A stretch of DNA of 64,000 bases, from assembly GCA_963848445.1 (NCBI GenBank), contig CAWKDT010000005.1, forward strand, positions 172,355 to 236,354, in the 5' to 3' direction. This DNA comes from Candidatus Dormiibacterota bacterium. GTDB taxonomy: Bacteria; Chloroflexota; Dormibacteria; Aeolococcales; Aeolococcaceae. Positions 19,128 through 27,945 of this stretch are shown here, piece after piece. The translations under genes and the position numbers were made by a program. The first letter of the stretch is position 1; each line of letters opens with the position of its first letter. The notes under the pieces were generated by a model. The model ran no database searches and was not told the DNA's origin. It worked only from the letters and a program-made list of their open reading frames with translations.

Positions 19128-19423
19128 CCCGTGTCCACACGGTCAACGGGCATGGCTGCCGGCCTCACGGTCCGGCGTCGACGCGTCCTCGACATGGGCT
19201 ACGCGAGGTCAAACATGCGCGCCGCGAACCATGATTTGGTCATGCTTGGCTGTTTCTCACAGGTCCCGCGGCCGTGTCGTCATCGACGTGACCATCGGTT
19301 CCGTGCGGGCATGCCTCGCTCGCACACAATGCGCACTTCGCTCCATTTGCATTTGAGCTTGAGAACGCGCAGTCTGGATGATCGCCAGCTGGTACTTTTG
19401 GCAACCGACATAGGAGGTAAGTC

Positions 19424-19822
19424 ATGAACGCATATGACTTCGATGTCGCCGTACCGCACAGCAAGGGCAGCCTCGCGAATCTCGCGGAGGAACTGGGCCG
19501 CGAGAACGTCAACATCGAGGGTCTGTACGCTGTCGAACAGAACGGGAAGGCCATCTTCCACCTGCTCACCACGGACAAGACCGCGACGAGCCGCGTGATC
19601 ACCAGGATCGGCTACAAGGTCATCCGCGAGACGGACGTGATCGTGGAGCGCGTGGAAGACCGTCCTGGGACGCTCGGGATGGTGACGCGTCGCCTCGCTG
19701 ACGCCGGCATCAACCTGACAACCGTGTACCTGGCGACCGACACGCGGCTGGTGCTCGGTTGCGAGAACATGCCGGCGCTGAAGGCCGCCTGGAAGGATCT
19801 CGCAGCAGTCGCATCTCGCTAG
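19424..19822 (+). CDS. ACT-domain protein (two ACT-like halves)
   Basis: VAVPHSKGSLANLAEELGRENVNIEGL and VEDRPGTLGMVTRRLADAGINLTTVY are two ACT-type beta-alpha-beta-beta-alpha-beta signatures. RBS AGGAGG lies upstream. Confidence 0.6.
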   Translation: MNAYDFDVAVPHSKGSLANLAEELGRENVNIEGLYAVEQNGKAIFHLLTTDKTATSRVITRIGYKVIRETDVIVERVEDRPGTLGMVTRRLADAGINLTTVYLATDTRLVLGCENMPALKAAWKDLAAVASR

Positions 19823-19840
19823 GGCTCAGGCCCGCATGGG

Positions 19841-19871
19841 GAACCGGCCGGCGTCAACCGCCGGCCGGTTC
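19841..19871 (+). terminator. Perfect 13-bp stem hairpin after the ACT-domain gene
   Basis: GAACCGGCCGGCG-TCAAC-CGCCGGCCGGTTC is followed by TTCAGCTTCT. Confidence 0.55.
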
Positions 19872-20096
19872 TTCAGCTTCTCGCGTTCGAGGAACACGCG
19901 GGCGGCGGGATAAACGCTGCCGGGCGTCAGACGGCCCGTACGGTTCTGTTACCAAGCGACCACCAACATCTGGCATGACCTGTATAACCGCGGCCTACCC
20001 TGCTCGAATGTCTGTCGCGCATCCTCGGATTCGAGCTGCAACCATCGCACTGCAGGCTCGTCGCGCTCCGCGCTGGGCAGTCGCCACGTACGCGGT

Positions 20097-22334
20097 TTGG
20101 TGGTCGTGCTCCTCGCCTACTTCATATCGCTGATCGTCCGAGGGCCTGACGCAGACGGTGGCGCTCGTCGACAGCTGGGGCGTCGGCGCGTTCGAGCTCA
20201 TCGCGAGCGCGCTCTGCATCGGGCGCGCGCTGACGTCGCGCCGCCGCACGGTTCCGCTATTGCTGGGCCTCGGGATCCTCTCCTGGAGCATCGGGGACAC
20301 CGTCCTCGCCGCTGAATCGGCCGGCGGCGCAGCCACCCCGGTGCCGTCCTTGGCGGACCTGTTCTGGCTGGGCTTCTACCCCATCACGTATGCCGCACTC
20401 GTGCTGCTCATGCGCAAGCACGTCGGCCGGATGAAAGCGACAACGTGGCTGGACGGTGCGGTGGCCGGCTTCGGCGCGGCCGGGCTGTGCGCGTGCTTTG
20501 CCTTCAACACGATCCTGCACTCCGTCGGCGGGACCTCGCTGAGCGTGGCAACCGATCTCGCCTATCCGATCGGTGACGCGCTGCTGCTCATGCTCGCCGT
20601 CGGCGGCACGGCGATCATTCCCGGCAAGAAGAATCCGCAGTGGCTGTTGATCGCCGGCGGCATCGGGATCGCGGCGATCGGTGACACCTTCAATCTCTTC
20701 GCCAGCGCCGGCGCGACGTCGCACCTCGGCCTGATCCTCGACGGGATCGCCTGGCCGGCCACCATCCTGCTCATCTCCATCGCCGTATGGGTGAATCCGC
20801 GCCAGACCAGTCCGTTGGCCTCCACCGAGACCGCGGGATTTCTGCTTCCGGGCCTTGGCGCGTGCCGCGGGCCTCTCGATCCTGCTGGTCGACACCCTGC
20901 ACCAGGTCACGCCCATTGCGATCGGGCTCGCCACGGCGACCCTGATGACCGTCGGCATCCGGCTCGCGCTGTCGGTGCGCGGGCTTGAGAGTGCTGACGG
21001 AGAAGCGACATCGTCAGTCGATCACCGATGACCTCACCGGCCTCGGCAACCGCCGGCGGCTCTTCAACCTCCTCGATGCGTATTTCGCCGACTACGCGGA
21101 TCCGGAGACCATCGATCGCCGGTTGTCACTGCTCTACGTGGACCTCGATCACTTCAAGGAGATCAACGATTCGTTCGGCCACGCGGCCGGCGACGAGGTG
21201 CTCCGGCAGCTGGGCCCGCGGCTGATCAGCCGCCTGCGGAGCAGCGACGTCCTCGTACGGGTCGGTGGCGACGAACTTGCCGTCCTCATCATGGATACCG
21301 GTTCCGAGTACGCGGTGGCGGTCGCCAAACGCATCATCGAGGAGCTCGAGCAGCCGTTTGTGATCGACACGCTCAGCGTCAGAGTCGGCGCGAGCATCGG
21401 CATCGCGAGCGCACCGGAGGACGCGACCGACAGCGTGACCCTGCTGCGCTGCGCGGACCTCGCGATGTATCGCGCCAAGACCGGTCCAGCGCCGTTCGAG
21501 ATCTTTCGCCACGACATCGACGATGAGGGCAACCGGTTGCGCCTGGTCGACGAGCTGCGCGAGGCGATCGAGCACGACGGCCTCGAGGTGTACTACCAGC
21601 CGCAGATCGACTTGACGACCGGCACGCTGTCCGCGATGGAGGCGCTGCTCCGCTGGCCCCATCCGCGACTCGGCCTGGTCCCGCCGCTCGACTTCCTTCC
21701 CCTCGCCGAGGACGCGGGGTTGATGCAGTCGTTGACCGCATTCGTGCTCGAGCGGGCCGTCAGGCAATGTGCCGACTGGCGCCGTGCCGGTCAGGCGTTG
21801 ACCGTCTCCGTCAACGTCTCGGCGACGAACCTCCTCGACGTCGGTTTCAGCGAGTCCGTCATGAGTGCGCTTGCCCGATATGACCTGGCTCCGAGCTCGC
21901 TGATCCTCGAGATCACCGAGACCAGCATCATCAGGGACTTCGATCTCTGCAAGCTGGTCATCGAGCAGATGCGCGGCCTCGGCCTGGGAGTCTCCATCGA
22001 CGACTTCGGCGCCGGGGTCACCTCGCTCGCGTACCTCGGCAGCCTCGCGGTCACCGAGCTGAAGCTCGACCGAAGCTTCCTGACGCGCCTGGCCACCGGT
22101 GACACCGAACGCAACCTTGCACTGGTGCGAGCGACGATCGCGCTGGGCCACAAGCTGAACATGCGCGTGGTGGCGGAGGGCATCGAGGACGTTGAGGCGC
22201 TCAACCTGCTCGCCGCGGTCGGATGCGACCTCGCGCAGGGCTACTTCATCAGCAAACCGATGCTCCCCGCGGACCTCGGCCTCCCGACAAGTTCGAGCGC
22301 GCCTGACGAGGGATCCGACGCCGCAGTCGCCTAG
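20097..22334 (+). pseudogene. Membrane-sensor GGDEF-EAL protein disrupted by two (probably three) +1 frameshifts
   Basis: The TM-rich N-terminal region switches frame near 20131-20140 (less certain), 20855-20865 and 20981-20987. The last piece (20985-22334) encodes intact-looking GGDEF (RVGGDELAV) and EAL (MEALLRWPHP...DDFGAG) domains. Removing one T at about 20863 and one T at about 20985 restores ...PGLGAAAGLSILLVDTLHQV...LALSVRGLRVLTEKRHRQSITDDLTGL. Confidence 0.65.
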
Positions 22335-22359
22335 GTGCACACCTCGCGAGGTCGGTGCG

Positions 22360-22749
22360 TCAGGCAGGAGACGCTGAGTCGATTCGCTGACCAGTGGCGG
22401 GAGGCGGCGATGGATCTCGGCAGGCCACGCTTTCGGCGTCAGGTGTGGTCACGACGAGCCGGCCGTACTCCGCGCCGTCGAAGGTCCACGATCACCGCGG
22501 GTCCCTTGCCGTGCACCGCCGCGAAGTCCTTGCCGAACCGGCCCCTCCGAGTGCCGACGGCGATGACCCCCGGCAGTCCGGTGCCGGGTGCGCGGATGCC
22601 CCGAAGCTCGGGCCACGCATCGTCCACGGCTCGCACGGCCTGCACCGTCGCAAGCGGCACGCGCACGTCGCCGTGAAATGCATCTCGATCTCCTCGAGCT
22701 CCGACATCTTCACCACCAGGTCGACGCCATCAATGACCAGCGAAGCCAT
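22360..22749 (-). pseudogene. Bacterial PH-domain protein disrupted by two frameshifts
   Basis: Three frames have to be joined: MASLVIDGVDLVVKMSELEEIEMHF | HGDVRVPLATVQAVRAVDDAWPELRGIRAPGTGLPGVIAVGTRRGRFGKDFAAVHGKGPAVIVD | FDGAEYGRLVVTTPDAESV. The shifts are near 22672-22675 and 22481-22486. The joined sequence matches the actinobacterial PH-domain family pattern as I recall it. Confidence 0.55.
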
Positions 22750-22924
22750 GCCCGGATTCTGTCATCTGCAACGCCTCGCGTCCATCACCCACCGATCGAT
22801 TGATGATCACTCGCACACTTCGATGGAGTGCATGACGATGTGGTCGACAGTGCTTCGCGCTGAGGGACCGCTCAGCACAACGCGGTACCGGCGGCTAGGA
22901 TGGATGGATCAAGGAGGCTTGAAA

Positions 22925-23236
22925 GTGAATAGTCTCAGCGCGATCAGCATCACGATCGATCCATACACGATCCTGGTGTGGGCATTGATCGGACTCGTGG
23001 CCGGTTTCATTGCGAGCAAGCTGATGCTCGGTCACGGGATGGGACTGCTCGGTGATGTCGTGATCGGCATCATCGGCGCGTTCGCCGGAGGGCTGCTCGC
23101 CGGCGCGTTCGGCGTCACGTTCAATGTGCCCGGGCATCCGATCGTGTCGGAGATCATCCTCGCGTTCCTCGGTGCCATGGTGCTGCTGCTCATCGTTCGT
23201 CTGCTCCGGCCTCGGCGTCGATTCGGCCGGTTCTGA
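22925..23236 (+). CDS. GlsB/YeaQ/YmgE family stress-response membrane protein
   Basis: ILVWALIGLVAGFIASKLMLGHGMGLLGDVVIGIIGAFAGGLLAG is the family signature. The GTG start at 22925 lies 7 nt after RBS AAGGAGG. The long upstream ORF-track extension is not coding. Confidence 0.75.
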   Translation: MNSLSAISITIDPYTILVWALIGLVAGFIASKLMLGHGMGLLGDVVIGIIGAFAGGLLAGAFGVTFNVPGHPIVSEIILAFLGAMVLLLIVRLLRPRRRFGRF

Positions 23237-23387
23237 TTCCGGGCTCACCACCGCTCAGATTCGGGACCTTTGGCACTGATAGCTCCTCTCGATGCGGCGA
23301 TACCATTACATCGATGAACGTTGAAGTGATCTCGGTTGAGGCATCGCACTCGTTCCGGCAGTCGACGCCGCCGCGGCGCTCGGGGAT

Positions 23388-23759
23388 GTGGACATGGCCG
23401 CTGTTCGGGTAACGCGCTCGCCCACCGATGTCCAGCCCGCCGCAGCGGCGTTCCTCGAGCTGATGGCGGATCCGACTCGACGGAGGATCTTCCAGTTGAT
23501 CATGCGAGGCGAGGTCTGCAACTGTGAGCTCGCCGACGAACTGGAGCTTCCCCAGAACCTCGTCTCCCACCACCTCCGCAAGCTGCGCCGGGCCGGCCTG
23601 GTCCAGGAGCATCGCGATCGCCACGATGGGCGCTGGATCCATTTCACGGTGGATCCGGAGGCGTTGAAGACCGCCTGGGGCGCGCTCAGCGCGGACCTGG
23701 GCCCCTCCCGCCTCGGGTCGCGCGCTGCGGCCTGCCGCCCACGCGCGGAGCGTTCGTAG
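23388..23759 (+). CDS. ArsR/SmtB family transcriptional regulator
   Basis: FLELMADPTRRRIFQLIMRGEVCNCELADELELPQNLVSHHLRKLRRAGLV is the canonical ArsR wHTH. Confidence 0.75.
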   Translation: MDMAAVRVTRSPTDVQPAAAAFLELMADPTRRRIFQLIMRGEVCNCELADELELPQNLVSHHLRKLRRAGLVQEHRDRHDGRWIHFTVDPEALKTAWGALSADLGPSRLGSRAAACRPRAERS

Positions 23760-23817
23760 GGCGATGCGCGATGCGTGAGCCTCTCCGTCCGGCGGATACA
23801 TCAATGGCAGTTGAACC

Positions 23818-24921
23818 ATGAGCCTTCCAACAACCGCCATCCCCGGGGCCTCGCCCGACAACGCCGAAACCCCGGAGGGGGAGGCTTATCCCCGTCACGA
23901 GCACCGGCACCAGCGCGTGCGGCTCGGTCTGGCCCTCGCCGCGGCCGCGCTCGTGTGGGTGGGTGCGTACAGCCAGCTCGACACCTTCGCCGCGTGGCTC
24001 ACGTACGACGTGATCCACCTCGGTCGCGGCACGCGCCTCGGCAGCGCGGTCGACTTCTTCGCCACCGACATCCCCAAGATCTTCCTGCTCCTCTCGGGGA
24101 TCATCACGGTGGTCACCGTCATCCGCAGCTACTTCCCCCCGGAACGGGTGAAGCGAGCACTCTCCGGCAAGGGGGAGTTCGCGGGCACGGGGCTCGCGGC
24201 GCTGCTGGGGACGGTCACCCCCTTCTGCTCGTGCTCCGCGGTGCCGATGTTCATCGGCTTCGTCGAATCGGGACTGCCGCTGAGCGTCACCTTCGGGTTC
24301 CTCATCGCCGCCCCCGTCGTCAACGAGGTCGCCCTCGTGCTGCTCGCGGGACTGTTCGGCATCCAGATCGCCCTCCTCTACATCGGCCTCGGGCTTGTCG
24401 TCGCCGTGCTCGGCGGTACGGTGATCGGCCGGCTCCACCTGGAGAACCAGATCGAGGACTACGTGTTCCAGATCAAGGTCGGCGAGACGGACGCGGCGCA
24501 GATCACGTTCGCCGACCGGCTGCGCGACGGCGTCGCCTACACCAAGGACATCCTGCGCCGCGTGTTTCCCTGGGTGCTCGGTGGCATCGCCGTCGGCGCC
24601 CTGATCCACGGCTACGCGCCGACATCCCTTGTCGTCCAGTACGCCGGACCCGGGAATCCCCTCGCGGTGCCGCTGGCGGTGCTGATCGCCATCCCGCTGT
24701 ACTCGAACGCGGCCGGCACCATCCCGATCGTGCAGGCCCTGCTCGCGAAGGGCATGCCGATCGGCACCACGCTGGCCTTCATGATGGCGATCACCGCCAT
24801 CTCCACGCCCGAGATGATCATCCTGCGCCGGGTGATCAAGTGGAAGCTGATCGCCGTCTTCATCGCAATCGTGACGATCGCGATCATCGCCATGGGGTAC
24901 GTCTTCAATGCCGTCCTGTGA
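23818..24921 (+). CDS. Predicted permease (PF03773/ArsP-like family)
   Basis: It has a multi-TM layout with LGTVTPFCSCSAVPMFIGFVESGLP, the conserved CSCS motif of this permease family. Confidence 0.75.
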   Translation: MSLPTTAIPGASPDNAETPEGEAYPRHEHRHQRVRLGLALAAAALVWVGAYSQLDTFAAWLTYDVIHLGRGTRLGSAVDFFATDIPKIFLLLSGIITVVTVIRSYFPPERVKRALSGKGEFAGTGLAALLGTVTPFCSCSAVPMFIGFVESGLPLSVTFGFLIAAPVVNEVALVLLAGLFGIQIALLYIGLGLVVAVLGGTVIGRLHLENQIEDYVFQIKVGETDAAQITFADRLRDGVAYTKDILRRVFPWVLGGIAVGALIHGYAPTSLVVQYAGPGNPLAVPLAVLIAIPLYSNAAGTIPIVQALLAKGMPIGTTLAFMMAITAISTPEMIILRRVIKWKLIAVFIAIVTIAIIAMGYVFNAVL

Positions 24922-24959
24922 CGCCTGCGCCGGAATTTGACACACATGGAGGAAACACG

Positions 24960-25202
24960 ATGAACGTGAAGATCCTGGGAACAGGCTGCGCCAACTGCAA
25001 GCGCCTGGAGGCTCTGGTACGGGAGGTCGCCGCCACCGAGCACGTGCAGCCGGAGATCGACAAGGTGACCGAGATCTCCGCGATCATGGCCTACGGCATC
25101 ATGCACACACCGGGCCTGGTGGTCGACGGGAAGGTCAAAGCCAGCGGACGCATCCCCTCCAAGGCGGAGATCGCCGCATGGTTGCTTGCGTCGCCGGCGT
25201 GA
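24960..25202 (+). CDS. Thioredoxin-fold protein (redox-active disulfide protein 2 / Thioredoxin_3)
   Basis: I read the start myself: GGAGGAAACACG-ATG. The translation is MNVKILGTGCANCKRLEALVREVA...AYGIMHTPGLVVDGKVKASGRIPSKAEIAAWL, with a CxxC motif. It lies in the tail of a long spurious ORF-track entry. Confidence 0.75.
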   Translation: MNVKILGTGCANCKRLEALVREVAATEHVQPEIDKVTEISAIMAYGIMHTPGLVVDGKVKASGRIPSKAEIAAWLLASPA

Positions 25203-25241
25203 CGTTGGTGACGCAGAGGGCGGCTCGTCCCGCCTCGGGTT

Positions 25242-25691
25242 TCAACTCCCCGCGCCCGCCGGCTGCTCCGCAACCGCCTTGAGGCCTTCGAGCACGGGAC
25301 CCCAATTCCTCTCGGCCATCGCATCCGCGTCCGCCTGGGTGGGATTGTTGTCCTGCCGGAGCGTGAGCACCGTCTCTGCTCCACGCGGTTCGAGCTCGTA
25401 CGTCACCGTGTGGTAGTTCTCGGGCTTGTCCTCGCTTCCACCCATCGGGCTCCAGTGCGTGACGCGGAGCCGCTTGTTCGGTTCGACGTCGAGCACGGTG
25501 CCCTTGTCCTCGTAGCTCCTCCCCTGCCACTCACCCTTCCAGGTGATCGGGCTGCCCGGCTCCCAGGTGGTCTCCATGTTCGTGCCGTGCATGTACTGCT
25601 GCACCAGCTCCGGGTCGGTCAGCGTCCTCCAGACGGCGTCAACCGAGGCGTTGATCGTGATCCGCTTCTCTGCGACGAATGTGCTCGGCAT
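25242..25691 (-). CDS. SRPBCC / AHSA1-like domain protein
   Basis: RITINASVDAVWRTLTDPELVQQY...ITWKGEWQG...TYELEPRGAETVLTLRQDN is a typical Aha1/START-like pattern. Confidence 0.7.
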   Translation of the reverse strand: MPSTFVAEKRITINASVDAVWRTLTDPELVQQYMHGTNMETTWEPGSPITWKGEWQGRSYEDKGTVLDVEPNKRLRVTHWSPMGGSEDKPENYHTVTYELEPRGAETVLTLRQDNNPTQADADAMAERNWGPVLEGLKAVAEQPAGAGS

Positions 25692-25731
25692 ACGTGGTGT
25701 CCTCCGTGTGCGGCTCGCCCGCCGGTCGGAT

Positions 25732-25746
25732 GTATGATTCGATCAT
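25732..25746. promoter_or_regulatory. AT-rich inverted repeat TATGAT-TCG-ATCATA (overlapping ATCAT-ATA-ATGAT) in the SRPBCC/MarR divergent intergenic region
   Basis: Read directly from the sequence. It is the only AT-rich segment between the two divergent starts (25691 and 25766), so it is a candidate MarR operator and -10 region. Confidence 0.35.
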
Positions 25747-25765
25747 ATAATGATGGTTCCGGCCG

Positions 25766-26350
25766 ATGCCACCTCGTGAGCCTGCGCCGCTTCAGCGCTT
25801 GGCGAATCTCGTCGGGGCGCTCGCGACCGGCGTCACCGACGGCATGCAGGAGGCGATGTGTGCCGCAGCCGGGGTGGATGCAGCCTCGGCTTCGGCGCTC
25901 GTCGCGCTCCTCGACTTCTGCCCGGGCGGATCGGTCCAGTACCTCAGCAGCGTCGTCGGTCTGACTCACTCGGGAACCGTTCGCCTCGTCGACCGCCTCG
26001 CCGGCGCCGGATACGTGACGAGGGTGCGGGGCGGGGACGCACGGTCACGTTCGCTGACCCTGACTCCATCAGGAGCCACCCTCGCCAGGCGCGTCCGGCG
26101 TTCGCGTGCGCGCGGCATCGCTCAGATGCTCGCGACGCTTCCCGAACCCGATCGTGCGCGGCTCACCGAACTCGCCGAGATGCTCGTCGGAACGCTGGCG
26201 CGCCAGCGTCTTGCGCGGCGTGCGCGAGGTGATGCGCCGTCGGGCGGCGCGCTGTGCAGGACGTGCGACTTCGCCGCGTGCGGACGCGACAGCGGGCGGT
26301 GTCCTGCCGCCAGATCAGCCGGCGGGTCTACACCGGCTGGAAGCCGATGA
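25766..26350 (+). CDS. MarR family transcriptional regulator with Cys-rich C-terminal tail
   Basis: LSSVVGLTHSGTVRLVDRLAGAGYVTRVRGGDARSRSLTLTPSG is a MarR wHTH plus wing. The tail is CRTCDFAACGRDSGRC. Confidence 0.7.
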   Translation: MPPREPAPLQRLANLVGALATGVTDGMQEAMCAAAGVDAASASALVALLDFCPGGSVQYLSSVVGLTHSGTVRLVDRLAGAGYVTRVRGGDARSRSLTLTPSGATLARRVRRSRARGIAQMLATLPEPDRARLTELAEMLVGTLARQRLARRARGDAPSGGALCRTCDFAACGRDSGRCPAARSAGGSTPAGSR

Positions 26351-26639
26351 CATACTCCGCGCCCGAGCTTGTCTCGGCGGATGACCGCATCGTTCCGGCC
26401 TCGGTGACGGTCGGCGTGCCGTCGTCGTGGAGTATCGAACCGCCGGCGGTGGTGAAGGCGGCGATGCCATCGACGGCGCCGTCGCCGTTCATCCGGAAGA
26501 ACCGGCTCGGTCCGCTGCGCTCAGCTCCCGCCCCGGATGGCGCACCCTTCAGCGCCTCGAGATCCTGCGCTGCCAGTCGGGCAGTTGACCGATGTAGGCA
26601 TCCACACGGGGGTCGGCGCGGAACGTCATGCGCCAACAT
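26328..26639 (-). CDS. Hypothetical protein (weak call)
   Basis: The reading frame is open with GC-rich third positions (FFRMNGDGAVDGIAAFTTAGGSILHDDGTPTVTEAG...). I recognised no family. Its 3' end overlaps the MarR gene end. Confidence 0.25.
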   Translation of the reverse strand: MLAHDVPRRPPCGCLHRSTARLAAQDLEALKGAPSGAGAERSGPSRFFRMNGDGAVDGIAAFTTAGGSILHDDGTPTVTEAGTMRSSAETSSGAEYVIGFQPV

Positions 26640-26668
26640 GATATTTCGTGTTGGGCGGAGGCCTGAGA

Positions 26669-26965
26669 TCAGCGAGGGTTGGTTCCAGTATCGGACGGGT
26701 GGATTGATGCAGACCGATGACGCCAGGCGAGGGAGCATCGATCCCACACCGCGTCGCCACTCGACTGCCGGAACGCCCTCAGGACCGTGCTGTCGATCAC
26801 CTGGTTCCCGTTGGCGTTCCGGTGGACGAACGCCCGCCCGAAACGGCGCTCGATGCCCTTCGCCGCATCCGCACGGCGAAGGTTCCCGAGCGCGCCGAAG
26901 GCCTCACACATCCACTGGGCGACGTCGCCCGTCGTCGCGAGCGGCGCCGCGCCCGGCCGTTCCAT
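26669..26965 (-). CDS. Small conserved hypothetical protein (resembles the family I recall as DUF6953)
   Basis: VAQWMCEAFGALGNLRRADAAKGIERRFGRAFVHRNANGNQVIDSTVLRAFRQSSGDAVWDRCSLAWRHR follows the pattern '...EKFG.EFVY.NENGN.AI.K.VLK.FRK....VVWER....WR.R'. This rests on memory only. Confidence 0.45.
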   Translation of the reverse strand: MERPGAAPLATTGDVAQWMCEAFGALGNLRRADAAKGIERRFGRAFVHRNANGNQVIDSTVLRAFRQSSGDAVWDRCSLAWRHRSASIHPSDTGTNPR

Positions 26966-27024
26966 TGCCGTTTGATCCTGACCGCGTACGGTCGGCAGCA
27001 TCAGTGCCGAAGGACCCGATTCGT

Positions 27025-27510
27025 CTACGCCGCCGTATGAACGATCCGGCCGACCCACTGGCCGCTGATCTGCCTGGTGGTCGCGTTCACCCGGTTGTAC
27101 GCGTTGATCGTCGCGATCGCGATGACCAGCGCAGCGAGCTGCGGTTCGCTGTAGTGGCGCGCAGCCTCATCCCAGATCTCGTCAGGGACGGGGTCGGCAC
27201 GGTCGGCGAGACGGGTGGCGGCTTCGGTGAGCGCCAGCGCCGCGCGCTCGGCGTCGCTGAAGTACGGGGTCTCGCGCCACACCGCGACAGTGTGGATACG
27301 CTCGCTGCTCTCGCCGGCGTGCTCGAGTTCGCGGGAGTGTATGTCGACGCACACACTGCAGCCGTTGATCTGGCTCGCGCGCAGTTCCACGAGGGAGAGC
27401 GTGGTCTTGGGGATCCCCGCGCCTTTCGCCGATGCGCCGAGCTTCTGGAACGCCTCGAGGGCGCCTGGAACGATCAACGCAGGATTCTTGATTCTCGCCT
27501 GCATCATCAT
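27025..27510 (-). CDS. Carboxymuconolactone decarboxylase / AhpD-like peroxidase family protein
   Basis: LVELRASQINGCSVCVDIHS contains the CxxC motif. RBS AGGAGG is followed by three consecutive ATGs (27504-27510). Confidence 0.75.
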   Translation of the reverse strand: MMMQARIKNPALIVPGALEAFQKLGASAKGAGIPKTTLSLVELRASQINGCSVCVDIHSRELEHAGESSERIHTVAVWRETPYFSDAERAALALTEAATRLADRADPVPDEIWDEAARHYSEPQLAALVIAIATINAYNRVNATTRQISGQWVGRIVHTAA

Positions 27511-27708
27511 CGTCCTCCTGTGGTGGTTGGTTTTGCCACCCGCCAACACCGCCGGAGACTCGTCTTGTCGTATTCCGGCGGCCCGCCGGGTCCGCTTCTA
27601 CGATAGATGACACGTACCGAACCGGGAATGTGACAGATACGCCGGATCAGCAAGGACCCTGCTCTTGGAACCTCACCGCACGCACTGACCCGAACCCGTG
27701 CGTGCTCC

Positions 27709-27945
27709 TCAGCGGACTCCCTTCACGCGCAGGATGGCGAGGGCGCCGACGATGGCGAAGACCCCGGCAGCTGCATAGAGCACACCGTAGCCGCCGCCGA
27801 AGGCCAGGAGCACCGGCGCGCACGCCGGCGCGATGGAGAATGGAAGCGCCGGCGATGTTGAACACGCCGAGGTCCTTGGCGGTGTGGACCCGGCTCGGCA
27901 GTTCCCCTGCGTTCGGCGCCGGCGAGACCGCCGCTGTCCCAGCGA
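27709..27945 (-). pseudogene. C-terminal remnant of an MFS-type transporter (truncated and frameshifted)
   Basis: My translation gives ...AKDLGVFNIAGA then, after a frame change, PFSIAPACAPVLLAFGGGYGVLYAAAGVFAIVGALAILRVKGVR*. No upstream part exists because the acyl-CoA dehydrogenase gene ends at 27946. Confidence 0.4.

Noticed and set aside
23300-23330. CATCGATG palindrome upstream of the ArsR gene as the ArsR operator.
   Set aside because: It is a short 8-nt self-complementary sequence without the 12-2-12 architecture typical of ArsR/SmtB sites.
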